64,000 nucleotides of DNA from a virus: the IMG/VR virus record IMGVR_UViG_3300030329_003387; one strand, 5' to 3'. This document shows positions 38,803-48,568 of the stretch, in pieces. Both the position numbers and the translations under genes were made by a program. The first letter of the stretch is position 1. Each line of letters starts with the position of its first letter. The notes beneath the pieces were generated by a model. The model was not told where the DNA came from and made no database searches. It saw only the letters and a list, made by a program, of their open reading frames with translations.

Positions 38803-41034
38803 TTAGGTAGTATGGAAAGACGCATAAGCCGTAACACACATTTGGCGCCTTTCTTCTATGTTAGGTTGTCGTTGGTTTTCTTCAACGAACCCAAACTTTA
38901 GAGACTCGATAGTGTTAGCAATTGACTTGTTAACACCAGCGCCACTCTTTAAGATTTCATTTATCATTTCGGCATCAATTTCTTTACAAGGTCTTAAGTT
39001 ACATAGAATACAAAGTTTAATGTATTCTAATTCATCTGCCTGCTGTTTAGTCAGGCTTCTCAAATTCTTCTTATCATAATGATTTAGTAAAGCGGGTTGC
39101 ACAGTATTTGCAACAATCTTTTGAGCTTCAGATGCCCAAAGCATTATGTTCATGAAGTTAGACTTAACAGTTTCTCTAGGTTTAACTTCCTTTTGTTTTC
39201 TCTTTACTTGATCCTTAGCGTTTTTGGGCCTGCCGTCTTCCGGTCGGCCTTGTGGAGCAAATTCTTCTTGCTTTTCAGCCCTCTTATCAAATTTGTTCTG
39301 TTCTCTCTCGTCTTGCTTATCTTGCATTTCTTCCTTCTTGTCTTGGATGGTTTGATCACTTCTCCTATCTTCAGGTCTAGTAAGAGGATGATCACCAGTT
39401 TCTTCGGAAGGTATAAGACCTAAGTCTTCAGGAGAAATAGCATCTTTTGTAAGAGCAATTTTTTCGAGATCGTTTCTGTGTTGAGCGTTGTGATAAGGGC
39501 CAGCTTTTTGAGGCATAGATTCGCCCTTTCTTTCTCGCTCTTCTCTTTTAATTCTAATTTTTTCAATTTCTGGAATTTCTCCAAATCGCTCAACTACAGT
39601 TTCGGCGCTAACTATATTTCTATCTGCTAGCTGAATAAGCAAGTTCTTCTCAGACGCTTCGTCAGAAAGAATCATCTGATCAAAATGAACAGTTGCTGGA
39701 AGTCTAAAACCCATAGCCTTGCGAACAATCTCTAGCTCTTGATTTAACCAAGAGACCAAAACGTCGCGCCCGTACTCTAATCTTTCTACAAGAGTTTTAA
39801 GGCTAATAAAGTTGTTAGTAAAGCTGCCTCCGCCGCCAGCTGCCATTCCGGTAAGTGTAGGTGGAATACCAAGACCTGCGTATATATTCGTGAGAACTGG
39901 TTCATATTTTTCCTTACCTAAAAATCTGTATACTTGAGTGCTAGATTCAGTAAACTTAAGTTCGGGACCCCATACCAAATCCATTGTTCCGCCACCAACA
40001 TTACTTGCTAAAATATTCCTAAGCTTATTGATAGCATTTTTTGTTGGTAGTATTTTGTTATCTAAATCACCAAGACTCCAAAGTCTTATATTAGAGATTG
40101 CACCATCAAGAGCAGATATGTCTGCTAGTTTCATTTTTTCTAGCATAATAATGTCATCTAAAATTGCATAGATCATAGGGTTAGCCCAAACCAACCAATC
40201 GTCTTTCTTATAGAAATATGCTGACACTTTATTTTCATCTAGCGGAATAAGCTCTTGTCCGCTCTTGATAGCCTCTACAATGTCTGGTGGTAACATTGCA
40301 GACAATCTCGCGTTATAAGGAACAGAACCAGACAGTCCTCTTTTTGTTTGTTGTCTAACTATTTTGGAAACCCTTATCGCATATTTGGGTTGACCAACAA
40401 ACGTAGCTAATTCGTTACCAATAACTTCAACCGAAAGGGGGTTGAGAAAATCAAATTTCCAAGGTATCTCTCTTTTGTTGAACAACAACTCTTGAATGTC
40501 CATGTCCGGAGTTGCAGAAGATCTTAGTTCTCTTTCAGCTTTTTTGCTTATTTTAGCGGTTCTTCTTTTAACTATTACGTTTCCACACCTGTATAGCGTA
40601 TTTAGAAATCTTTCTGATCTTTCCTTTCCGCTAATCTTTTGAAACCACTTACGATAAAACTTCTCTATTCTTTTGTTAGGATGAACTAAATTAATTCCTT
40701 GAGATGCGAAATCGGCCATGAGATCAATGACGTTTCTTACAATCCCTACCTTATCGTAAGCAGCCATGCACATCTGCATAGCTTCCTTTTGTTTCTTTGG
40801 AACTGCTTCTTCGCTTCTAAAGCGATTGTAGTCTTCGCGTGTAAAACCAGTTCTGACAGACTTATTTGTCTCTATGTCCAGAAAAGACCTACGCCTGTAA
40901 CCTATAGACTTTTGAATGCCATCATAATGGTCTATATTGTCTGAGGTTTCCAATAAAACTTGTTGCTTGCCTGAGTCGTCTGCCCAAGTAACAAAACCCT
41001 GTGTTTTTTGTATCTCTGGATTTTTGTCTTCCAT
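38803..41034 (-). CDS. Portal protein
   Basis: Between terminase and protease genes; YDKVGIVRNVIDLMADFA and IYAGLGIP motifs; GAGG RBS before ATG 41034. Confidence 0.8.
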   Translation of the reverse strand: MEDKNPEIQKTQGFVTWADDSGKQQVLLETSDNIDHYDGIQKSIGYRRRSFLDIETNKSVRTGFTREDYNRFRSEEAVPKKQKEAMQMCMAAYDKVGIVRNVIDLMADFASQGINLVHPNKRIEKFYRKWFQKISGKERSERFLNTLYRCGNVIVKRRTAKISKKAERELRSSATPDMDIQELLFNKREIPWKFDFLNPLSVEVIGNELATFVGQPKYAIRVSKIVRQQTKRGLSGSVPYNARLSAMLPPDIVEAIKSGQELIPLDENKVSAYFYKKDDWLVWANPMIYAILDDIIMLEKMKLADISALDGAISNIRLWSLGDLDNKILPTKNAINKLRNILASNVGGGTMDLVWGPELKFTESSTQVYRFLGKEKYEPVLTNIYAGLGIPPTLTGMAAGGGGSFTNNFISLKTLVERLEYGRDVLVSWLNQELEIVRKAMGFRLPATVHFDQMILSDEASEKNLLIQLADRNIVSAETVVERFGEIPEIEKIRIKREERERKGESMPQKAGPYHNAQHRNDLEKIALTKDAISPEDLGLIPSEETGDHPLTRPEDRRSDQTIQDKKEEMQDKQDEREQNKFDKRAEKQEEFAPQGRPEDGRPKNAKDQVKRKQKEVKPRETVKSNFMNIMLWASEAQKIVANTVQPALLNHYDKKNLRSLTKQQADELEYIKLCILCNLRPCKEIDAEMINEILKSGAGVNKSIANTIESLKFGFVEENQRQPNIEERRQMCVTAYASFHTT

Positions 41035-41086
41035 TGTCTGCCTCAATTGAATTGTAATTGGAATGATTGAATAATTAATCTAATTG

Positions 41087-41097
41087 ATTATACACCA
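41087..41097 (-). promoter_or_regulatory. Putative late promoter TGGTGTATAAT
   Basis: Exact motif copy upstream of the portal gene. Confidence 0.7.
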
Positions 41098-41099
41098 AA

Positions 41100-43073
41100 T
41101 CAATAAACATCTTTCATTCCTTGTGTAAACCAAGCTGGTCCTATAAAACTTTCTCCGCCATCTCCAACAGCTTTTCCAGCCCATCCACCTACAGGATCGT
41201 AGTTAGGTTTTGCTGGTGTTCTGTGTATTCTTCTGGCGGACATGTTAGCCATTATGAGAGAAGAGTAACGGTCTTTTCTTAGCCTATCTTTTTTACCTCC
41301 GGGAAGTTTAACTTCTGGAGTGTCCCACTTATCTCTACCCGAAGTTGTTTGCGTCATAATAATCATAGAAAGCTCATCTTTAAGCTCTTCTATTTCCATA
41401 ACACAATCTTCTAGCGTGTCATACAGTCTGTTTTTTAGTTTGTCATCAGATATTGCTAGTCCAATAGTAGCTGCATCAAAGTATGGAAAGAGTACAACTT
41501 TATCCTCAAAGTCTTTCCTTAAACTATGATTTGCCTCGGCAACCCAGTCGGCCTTAGCAAACTGTATCATTTCTAGAATGTGAAGTCCCGGCTCTCCGTC
41601 TGTGTCCTTTTCCTTCTTTTCGTCTATCGTAGGCCATATCGGAAGTTCGCCTTCTTGTATCTTGTCTTTATCGTGCAGAGCCTCCATGATTGCTATACCA
41701 CCACCCTGAGCGTCTAGGGCGATCTCTTCACAAGGAAATACCTTCATCAAGTCTCTTATCTTCCTAGCACAGTAAGAATAAAAGTCCGTTTCACTTACCA
41801 CGCCCGCTTTTATTTTTTCTTTATGTTCAGACCTGTTGGTAGTCCAACAATAAACAATTCTTGAATGATCTTCGTGTAACTCCATGACGACAATAGAAAA
41901 GTTGTCTACTTCAGAAGCGGGGTCAATGCCGAATACATATCTTCCGTTTGGGTTACCTCTAAGCGATGCATGAAAATTTACTTCTCCGCTAGGCATACTT
42001 ATTGGGTTTTCTGGAGAGGCTACACAGCTTTCGATTAGTGACCTCTTAAAGAACCCATTACTATCGCTAGAAAAACAAGCCCCAAACTCCATTTGATATA
42101 TACCTGCATGAACAGTAGCCTTAGATCTAGCCACCTGTCCAGCGTCCATAAAGCCTTCTGGCAAAAGCTCAAATGGTATTCTTATGATTGAATACTCTTT
42201 CCAGTCAAAGTCTTTAGGAACTTCATTGTCGCCAAACATTTCAGAGAGTTTTTTAGGATCTCCTTTACTATTTATTATCTGACGCCATTTTTTCCAGTAT
42301 TCGGCAAAGTGATTGAAGTCATAGTATGCCGTACCAGAAAGTATGATCTGGTTTCCTATATCTAAAACTTCGTCCTTATCCTCTTCTACGTTTATGCCCT
42401 CTTCTTCAGCTAATCTTTTTGCAGCCAATCTTTTTACATTCTCTATCGGAGATGCGCTTACGGCAGCAAAACCTGCTACAACATTTTCAAATATCGCACG
42501 AGGTATAGATGCAAATTCGTCAGCAATAATATCATTAGCACGTTGACCACGAATTTTAGAGCCATCACCTAATGGAAGACACGTCACCGTGCTATCGCCA
42601 ATGATCATCCTGCACATATCCACATCTTTACGTGGACCACTACTGCCTCCGGCTATATCTCTCAATATAGGTGCATTTCTCCATATTGTATCCATGTACT
42701 CAAACAGGACTTTAGATTGACGGAAGGCAGCACCAACGATAACGATCTTTCTTCCGGGCATCAGGAGCGCTCTTAGCATAGAGTAGAGCGACAGTATAAA
42801 AGATTTTCCAAAACCACGACTAGCGATAAGCATTGGAAACTTTCTTCCCCACATTTCTTTGAGCATTAATGCTTGCGCAGGTAGTATTTCTACATTAAAA
42901 ACATACTTGCATATAAAAGAGAAGTATTCTGGATTAGACAATAACCACGTAAGCTTTATGTGAAACTCTTCTTCAGTATCTAAAGCAAAAGGATTTATTA
43001 GCTCCGATTCGTCTTTGTCTATATTCAGCCATGCGTCTTGTAGAATTTTAGGATTATTAAGAGTGCTGTTCAC
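41100..43073 (-). CDS. terL: Terminase large subunit
   Basis: Walker A ASRGFGKS, Walker B IIADEF, motif III LSGT, RNase-H-like FGIDPA and C-terminal KDRYSS. Confidence 0.92.
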   Translation of the reverse strand: MNSTLNNPKILQDAWLNIDKDESELINPFALDTEEEFHIKLTWLLSNPEYFSFICKYVFNVEILPAQALMLKEMWGRKFPMLIASRGFGKSFILSLYSMLRALLMPGRKIVIVGAAFRQSKVLFEYMDTIWRNAPILRDIAGGSSGPRKDVDMCRMIIGDSTVTCLPLGDGSKIRGQRANDIIADEFASIPRAIFENVVAGFAAVSASPIENVKRLAAKRLAEEEGINVEEDKDEVLDIGNQIILSGTAYYDFNHFAEYWKKWRQIINSKGDPKKLSEMFGDNEVPKDFDWKEYSIIRIPFELLPEGFMDAGQVARSKATVHAGIYQMEFGACFSSDSNGFFKRSLIESCVASPENPISMPSGEVNFHASLRGNPNGRYVFGIDPASEVDNFSIVVMELHEDHSRIVYCWTTNRSEHKEKIKAGVVSETDFYSYCARKIRDLMKVFPCEEIALDAQGGGIAIMEALHDKDKIQEGELPIWPTIDEKKEKDTDGEPGLHILEMIQFAKADWVAEANHSLRKDFEDKVVLFPYFDAATIGLAISDDKLKNRLYDTLEDCVMEIEELKDELSMIIMTQTTSGRDKWDTPEVKLPGGKKDRLRKDRYSSLIMANMSARRIHRTPAKPNYDPVGGWAGKAVGDGGESFIGPAWFTQGMKDVY

Positions 43074-43542
43074 GTATTAGTATCTCCGTTACTTCATCGA
43101 ATATCCTAACGACCTTGTCCTCAGCGTCGTGTTTGTTATCAAGGAATAAAAATACAACACCAAACTCCTCTTCAATTTCTCTTATTCGTTTCCATATGTA
43201 CTTACCGTTCATGCGCATATACTGCCACCTTTTTTTCGGTATTCCTGAATTCTCAGGAAACGACATAATGTCGTCTATCGAGAATTCACATACAATGTAT
43301 GCCCATCGAAACTTAGACATCCGCTCCATTTCTGCTTCAAACGCATTCTTCTTTTGCCCAAGATTCATAGCTATCTCGCCCGTGCTGGCCTTGCGCTCAA
43401 TTACTAGGCTCTTTTCCAAGCCTCTCGCGGTGTAATCGCCCGTCCTTAGACCCCAATCCTTAACGGCCATACACTTATCCTGAGAGCTGAAATCCCAGCC
43501 ATTCTTCTCTCTCGTGTCTCTTAGAACTATGTACTTACTCAT
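43057..43542 (-). CDS. ERCC4/XPF-like nuclease
   Basis: DTRE, GDY and IERKA motifs. Confidence 0.8.
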   Translation of the reverse strand: MSKYIVLRDTREKNGWDFSSQDKCMAVKDWGLRTGDYTARGLEKSLVIERKASTGEIAMNLGQKKNAFEAEMERMSKFRWAYIVCEFSIDDIMSFPENSGIPKKRWQYMRMNGKYIWKRIREIEEEFGVVFLFLDNKHDAEDKVVRIFDEVTEILIREQHS

Positions 43543-43801
43543 TGTCTCTCAGTATGTCCCAAAACAGAGGCGCATACGTGCTTTCAGAACCTGTTACCTC
43601 TTTATGGCACTTCCAGCACAAAGTTATTCCATTATTCAGATCATAACGCAGGTGTGGAGCTTCTGACCATTTTATTATATGATGCGCATTGAGTCTTGAA
43701 CGCTTTGATTTGCATCCGGGCATTTGACACTTATGAGAATCTCTCTCATAGATACGCTTGCGCCATTCGGCATATACCGGATCGTCATAATCTCTTTTCA
43801 T
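43535..43801 (-). CDS. HNH endonuclease
   Basis: RDSHKCQMPGC...AHHI...NGITLCWKCH. Confidence 0.85.
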   Translation of the reverse strand: MKRDYDDPVYAEWRKRIYERDSHKCQMPGCKSKRSRLNAHHIIKWSEAPHLRYDLNNGITLCWKCHKEVTGSESTYAPLFWDILRDNE

Positions 43802-44058
43802 GATATTCTTGGACCAATCCTTCTGAGCTTCACGACTCTAACCATATGACGAAGATCCTTTATTGTATCCTTAACCGCTGCTGTATTATTTTCTTCTAGC
43901 ATTTGTTGCGCTAATTTTGCTAAAGCAATAAAACATGCTTCGTCAGGGTCTTCTGCCTGAACAAAAATATGCGTGCTTTCTTGCTTATACCGATATATAC
44001 CCAGCTTCTTCAGCAAAGGCAATATCTTGGAAATGTCTATCTCTATCTTGTATATCAT
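43798..44058 (-). CDS. Hypothetical protein
   Basis: 86-aa ORF overlapping its neighbours. Confidence 0.5.
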   Translation of the reverse strand: MIYKIEIDISKILPLLKKLGIYRYKQESTHIFVQAEDPDEACFIALAKLAQQMLEENNTAAVKDTIKDLRHMVRVVKLRRIGPRIS

Positions 44059-45034
44059 GGTCTACCATTCTTGCTACAAGCGTTTCAAACGATACTTGTG
44101 GCTCCCATCCAAGAAGTCTACTAGCTTTTGAGCAGTCGCCCCTAAGATACGGAACTTCAGACGGCCTATATAGTTTTTTGTCTATTTCTACATAATCACT
44201 GTACTCATATATATCTATACACTGAAATGCTTCTATTACGAAGTCTTCTACTGTATAACTCTCACCAGTGCAGATAACATAATCCAGCGGCTTGTCCTGC
44301 TGTAACATCATCCACATTGCCCTAACATAGTCAGGAGCATAGCCCCAATCACGCTTCGCTTTGAGGTTTCCTAGCTTCAATTTCGGTATAGAGTATCCCT
44401 CATTTATTGCTTGGTACAATTTAGCTACGTATTTGCTTACCTTGCGCGTCAGGAACGTTTCTCCGCGCCTTTCACTCTCATGGTTAAAGAGAATACCCGA
44501 ACAGGCAAAAAGCCCGTAGGAGTCCCTGTAGAGCGCTGTAGCCTGATGAGCGGCGGCTTTTGCTATAGCGTAGGGAGACTGTGGATTAAAGGCGGTTAGT
44601 TCGTCTTGGTAAACATCGCCATCACTATCGTAATCAAAGTTATCGCCAAACATCTCCGATGAGGATGCTTGATAGAAGCGTGGTTTCTTCTGCATGGAAC
44701 GAATGACTTCAAGAATGTTCATACATCCCTTAGCGACAATATCCCAAGTGGTAGAAGGTTGCTCGAAAGAAGTCCAAACATGAGATTGAGCAGCTAGGTT
44801 ATACACTTCGTGTGGTTTAACGCTGCTCAACAATCGGTAGATGCCTGCTGGGTCTGTTACATCACCCTGAACCAACTCGAAACGTTTGTTAGTTAGGGAA
44901 ATGGGCAATCTGGCAGTGTTGTCGTTACTCGATCTTCGTGCAACACCATATACCTTGTATCCCTCACCAAGTAGGAATTCAGAAAGGTATGATCCGTCTT
45001 GTCCTGTTACTCCGTATATTATTGCTCTTTTCAT
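43985..45034 (-). CDS. gmd: GDP-mannose 4,6-dehydratase
   Basis: GVTGQDGSYL, YNLAAQSHV, FYQASSSEMFG, PQSPYAIAK, GILFNHESERRG and RDWG motifs. Confidence 0.95.
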   Translation of the reverse strand: MKRAIIYGVTGQDGSYLSEFLLGEGYKVYGVARRSSNDNTARLPISLTNKRFELVQGDVTDPAGIYRLLSSVKPHEVYNLAAQSHVWTSFEQPSTTWDIVAKGCMNILEVIRSMQKKPRFYQASSSEMFGDNFDYDSDGDVYQDELTAFNPQSPYAIAKAAAHQATALYRDSYGLFACSGILFNHESERRGETFLTRKVSKYVAKLYQAINEGYSIPKLKLGNLKAKRDWGYAPDYVRAMWMMLQQDKPLDYVICTGESYTVEDFVIEAFQCIDIYEYSDYVEIDKKLYRPSEVPYLRGDCSKASRLLGWEPQVSFETLVARMVDHDIQDRDRHFQDIAFAEEAGYISV

Positions 45035-45804
45035 GTGTATTTGCCAAAGACCTCGTTGCTAAGTAATAGGGCATCAGTGTGTTGATGTAGGAAGGCTTTA
45101 TAGAAAGGGTTGTCTTCCATGTACTTATATCGTTTGGTAGTTGTCATCTCCCAAGCAGTTTTAATGTATTTCATTCCATCAAAGGAGCTACCGCCACCAA
45201 ATGGTGACAATTGGTTTATAGCAGAGTCGGTATAGTATAATCCTAAGTTACTACATATCTCTTTTCGGTATTTAGGACTCTCTACCCATTCATTGTATAA
45301 GATATATTGTATTCCGGCGCTTTCGTCGTTTATATATCTAAAGTGGTCTTTGTATATCTCTACTTTGTCTTCGTTTATAATATCCTTAATTTCTTTGTTG
45401 TCTCTTTCAGCCATTTTAATACAACTAGCTAGCCAGTTCTTAAAATCTCTTAGCACAACAACGACTTTAGGTTTATTGTCTTTTTTCCACACCGAACTAG
45501 AATGAGCGCAAGCAAAAGCTACCTGCGAGAGTTTTTCTTGTTCGTGCGTCAGAATAATACGGTGTGGATTCATACCCTGCATAATATCGTCGAACTTTTC
45601 CTTGTCAGGATGTTCTTCGGGGCCTCTCTTAAGAGGATTATTAGCGAGGATACTAACTCCTTGGTGGTTTTGTATTTGAAACAACCAAGATGCTATTGTT
45701 TGTATTGAGAAATCGTGAATTTCTTCTTGCTGGTGTAGCAACCATACAGCTATTGGATGGTGGCCTGTTCTGTGCATCCCAGCAACAACTATATTGTTAG
45801 TCAT
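45031..45804 (-). CDS. Sulfotransferase-like (P-loop) protein
   Basis: VVAGMHRTGHH (5'-PSB-like) and VVVVLRD...WLAS (3'-PB-like) motifs. Confidence 0.55.
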   Translation of the reverse strand: MTNNIVVAGMHRTGHHPIAVWLLHQQEEIHDFSIQTIASWLFQIQNHQGVSILANNPLKRGPEEHPDKEKFDDIMQGMNPHRIILTHEQEKLSQVAFACAHSSSVWKKDNKPKVVVVLRDFKNWLASCIKMAERDNKEIKDIINEDKVEIYKDHFRYINDESAGIQYILYNEWVESPKYRKEICSNLGLYYTDSAINQLSPFGGGSSFDGMKYIKTAWEMTTTKRYKYMEDNPFYKAFLHQHTDALLLSNEVFGKYT

Positions 45805-46591
45805 CTTTTACCGTGTCTGGCGTTAGAAATGGTTGATCTACAATTTGGTCTTCGTATTGGTGGTATTCTGACAGCCTTTCTTGCTCTTTATATGCGGCTA
45901 GTCTCATTTTTTCCATCTCCATACCCATTTCGTGGCGTGTTTGTGGGTCGGACATGAGGTTTCTTACCCAACCAATAAAGGTTTGCTTAGAATCTTCCAG
46001 CCTTTTTACTCTTTGCTCTCTTGTAGCCTTTAGGTCTTTTAGCATGGAAGACTTTTTTGTTTGTAAATCTTTATAATCTCTATTCATAGTCTCCGAGGCA
46101 GCTCTTAGAACAGCTACTTGCCTCTCTAAACTGTAGATATAGTCCTTGTCTTGGACTTCTAACGGTTTTCTTTTCTCGTCCGTGACCAGCTCTTCGTACT
46201 TACTTATGTCTTTTAGGTTAGTTTGTTGATCTTTTAACGCGCGATTCATTAAAACTTCAAGCTTGATAGCGTCTAAAACCTGTAATTCTTCGGTAGGGAG
46301 GACATCATCGCGGAATTGTCCGATTATTCGGCCCCAGTGATAGATAAGAATCTCTAGTTCACGCTCAGTAAACTGACCTTCAAGCTCTCTCCAGTAAGGT
46401 CTTGACTTCAAATCGTAGTAAGCTTCGATTTCTCGCTTGTCTATTGCTGTCTTACCTAATTTAGAGTTCACGTAAGACTCAACAGAATCAGGATCTCTGT
46501 CCAATTCTGTTGCAATTTCTTCTATAGAAAGAGATTCGTAGTTCTCTTTTATGAATTTTTGCTCTTCTTTAGAAAATCTGCCCTTCTTCAT
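45797..46591 (-). CDS. Myb/HTH + coiled-coil protein (candidate terminase small subunit or regulator)
   Basis: GRFSKEEQKFIKENY...IEEIATELDRDPDSV N-terminus followed by coiled coil. Confidence 0.5.
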   Translation of the reverse strand: MKKGRFSKEEQKFIKENYESLSIEEIATELDRDPDSVESYVNSKLGKTAIDKREIEAYYDLKSRPYWRELEGQFTERELEILIYHWGRIIGQFRDDVLPTEELQVLDAIKLEVLMNRALKDQQTNLKDISKYEELVTDEKRKPLEVQDKDYIYSLERQVAVLRAASETMNRDYKDLQTKKSSMLKDLKATREQRVKRLEDSKQTFIGWVRNLMSDPQTRHEMGMEMEKMRLAAYKEQERLSEYHQYEDQIVDQPFLTPDTVKDD

Positions 46592-47120
46592 ATCCGTTCT
46601 CTCGCAGGATTGTATCTATTTCTTCGTATATTTGCTTTCTTCTAGGCTTTGGCACGTAAACTCCGTCTTTTATTCGTAAATAGTCGGACCGAAGTGACAC
46701 ATCTAAGTTCTGATCTATAATTCTTAGCACTTCTTGTTGCTCAAAGTCTATAACAAAGTCGTCTTCGACTCTCATATTGTCCTCTTTTTCATCTCTAATG
46801 TTAGAAATGTCGAGAGGTTCCATCAAAAACTTCTTGCTGTTGTTATGTTTCTCTTGTGTGTTAGAGTCAACTTTGCTTTGACGGTAGTATTTATCGCGTT
46901 TAAAGTTGTTTAGTCTGTTCTTTACGTGTACTGCTAGGAAATTTTCTAGCGGACGACCCTCTTCGTAGCGTTCTAGAGCTTCCATCGCAATTATTACCGC
47001 CTCTTGACGTATATCATCCGCCTCAAAGTAACCAAATCGGAACTTGTGAGCATAGCGGCTAGCGACTTTATTTATTATCTCCAGCACTTCCTTCTCTGTC
47101 ATTCCCTTTGGTATCTTCAT
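46569..47120 (-). CDS. Phage-encoded sigma-70-family (region 2) sigma factor
   Basis: DDIRQEAVIIAMEALERY...ENFLAVHVKNRLNNFKR resembles sigma region 2; ATG 47120 after GAAGGTG. Confidence 0.7.
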   Translation of the reverse strand: MKIPKGMTEKEVLEIINKVASRYAHKFRFGYFEADDIRQEAVIIAMEALERYEEGRPLENFLAVHVKNRLNNFKRDKYYRQSKVDSNTQEKHNNSKKFLMEPLDISNIRDEKEDNMRVEDDFVIDFEQQEVLRIIDQNLDVSLRSDYLRIKDGVYVPKPRRKQIYEEIDTILRENGYEEGQIF

Positions 47121-47247
47121 TTTCACCTTCCAGAATGGCCTTTGCTTTCTGTTTTGCTGGATCTTCAATTGAAAGGTCTTCTGATACGGACTTTTCGACA
47201 CTACCAGTAGCTTTTATGCTCAAATGCATTCCAACTTTATCTGACAT
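47068..47247 (-). CDS. Small hypothetical protein (59 aa, not in ORF track)
   Basis: MSDKVGMHLSIKATG...; AAGGGA RBS; downstream of a TAGTGTATAGT late-promoter variant. Confidence 0.45.
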   Translation of the reverse strand: MSDKVGMHLSIKATGSVEKSVSEDLSIEDPAKQKAKAILEGENEDTKGNDREGSAGDNK

Positions 47248-47333
47248 GTTTATTCCCTTTGTGTAAAATTAAAAAGTTGCCAGTATGATACTATACACTA
47301 AAAGCTTTTTGAAAGCACAATTAGGAGACAGTA

Positions 47334-47552
47334 GTGAAGCTAAGCGGTCAGGAACACAAGTATGTTAGGGAAATGTGCAACATACTTAAGGACAATCAAA
47401 TTGCTGACGAATTAACTCGTATTAGATATAGTCTAGGAGAAAAAGACAGGGTCACAATAGATCAGGTTCGTAAATCTCGATACAAGCAGGGTATAGGGAA
47501 GAAACAGGGTCGTGGCAAATGTCAAATAAGGAAGGAAAGTAGTGATGAGTGA
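47334..47552 (+). CDS. Small basic HTH-like hypothetical protein
   Basis: AGGAG RBS, GTG start. Confidence 0.55.
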   Translation: MKLSGQEHKYVREMCNILKDNQIADELTRIRYSLGEKDRVTIDQVRKSRYKQGIGKKQGRGKCQIRKESSDE

Positions 47553-48003
47553 TAAAGATTATGTAGAAATTTATCTTGGTGGTGTTGCGGGCGCTGGAAA
47601 GTTCGCAAAAGTAAGCCCTGAAGATTATCCTATCTTAAATCAGTATAGCTGGCATCTAAATAAGAATGGTTATGCGGTAACGAAGGTTAAGGGGCGATCA
47701 AGATCTATGCATAGAATGGTCACAGGCACTACAAATCCGTATATATTCGTTGACCATGCGGATCAAGACCGTCTTAATAACACTCGCAACAATCTGCGAG
47801 AGATGACTCCTAAAGAAAATGCCAATAACATGAAGTCTAATGTTAAGATTGCGGCGTTTGGCGAAGAAAAGAATATAGCAGAATGGGTAGACGATGATAG
47901 GTGTGAGGTATCTTACGCCGCTTTCTATAATCGTTTGAATAAAGGTATCGAACCAGAAGTCGCAATGAAAAAGAACGGAAGCAAGCGACAAATAGATGCA
48001 TAA
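47542..48003 (+). CDS. HNH homing-type endonuclease
   Basis: MHRMV...VDHADQDRLNNTRNNLR..T..EN motif. Confidence 0.85.
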   Translation: MMSDKDYVEIYLGGVAGAGKFAKVSPEDYPILNQYSWHLNKNGYAVTKVKGRSRSMHRMVTGTTNPYIFVDHADQDRLNNTRNNLREMTPKENANNMKSNVKIAAFGEEKNIAEWVDDDRCEVSYAAFYNRLNKGIEPEVAMKKNGSKRQIDA

Positions 48004-48193
48004 TCCATATAAGCCGCCAGAAGAAGATTCAGAGCGGCATCTAACAAGCTCAGATAGGTGGGGAGAGAAGTACAGACCGCCAACAACCGACTGGTGCGAT
48101 GTTACTTTTGTCATCTTCATTTTGTCACTGATGTGGTTCAGCCCAGTTCTAATCGAGTGGCTCGCTCAGATTCTAAGAGGATGGATTAGCTAA
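47996..48193 (+). CDS. Small membrane protein
   Basis: NPYKPP N-terminus plus one hydrophobic segment. Confidence 0.5.
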   Translation: MHNPYKPPEEDSERHLTSSDRWGEKYRPPTTDWCDVTFVIFILSLMWFSPVLIEWLAQILRGWIS

Positions 48194-48436
48194 GACAAAG
48201 GAAGCGGAGCGGGTTGATTTTGTTTGCACCACCCCGCGATTTTCGGCACAAAATAGGCACTTTCCTTCCCTAACGAAAAACCCCCCTAACGAACTACACT
48301 AAGAAAAAAAATGGAATTTTGTAGTAATTTATGCCATTATTTTATTTTGTTGTTTTTTTAGAATTATCCGACACTATAAAATTCATGTGCAATAATTAGA
48401 TAGTTCAAGTTAACCATTAAATAGGATAAGTTAGAT

Positions 48437-48532
48437 ATGAATATAGATGCAAGTATGTTTTACGGTATAGTCGTTGGCTTAGTAGTAGCTGTTAATATTC
48501 TGTACTGGATGGAGAAAAAAGAATTACTATAA
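48437..48532 (+). CDS. Small hydrophobic peptide (31 aa)
   Basis: AGGA RBS; MNIDASMFYGIVVGLVVAVNILYWMEKKELL. Confidence 0.4.
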   Translation: MNIDASMFYGIVVGLVVAVNILYWMEKKELL

Positions 48533-48568
48533 ATTTTAGTTATTCTTAAAAAATATGTTTAAGACCTA

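Noticed and set aside
287-47210. Numerous plus-strand ORFs in the track opposite the late genes (and minus-strand ORFs opposite early genes)
   Set aside because: Antisense or alternate-frame shadows of long coding genes, without RBSs or recognisable motifs.
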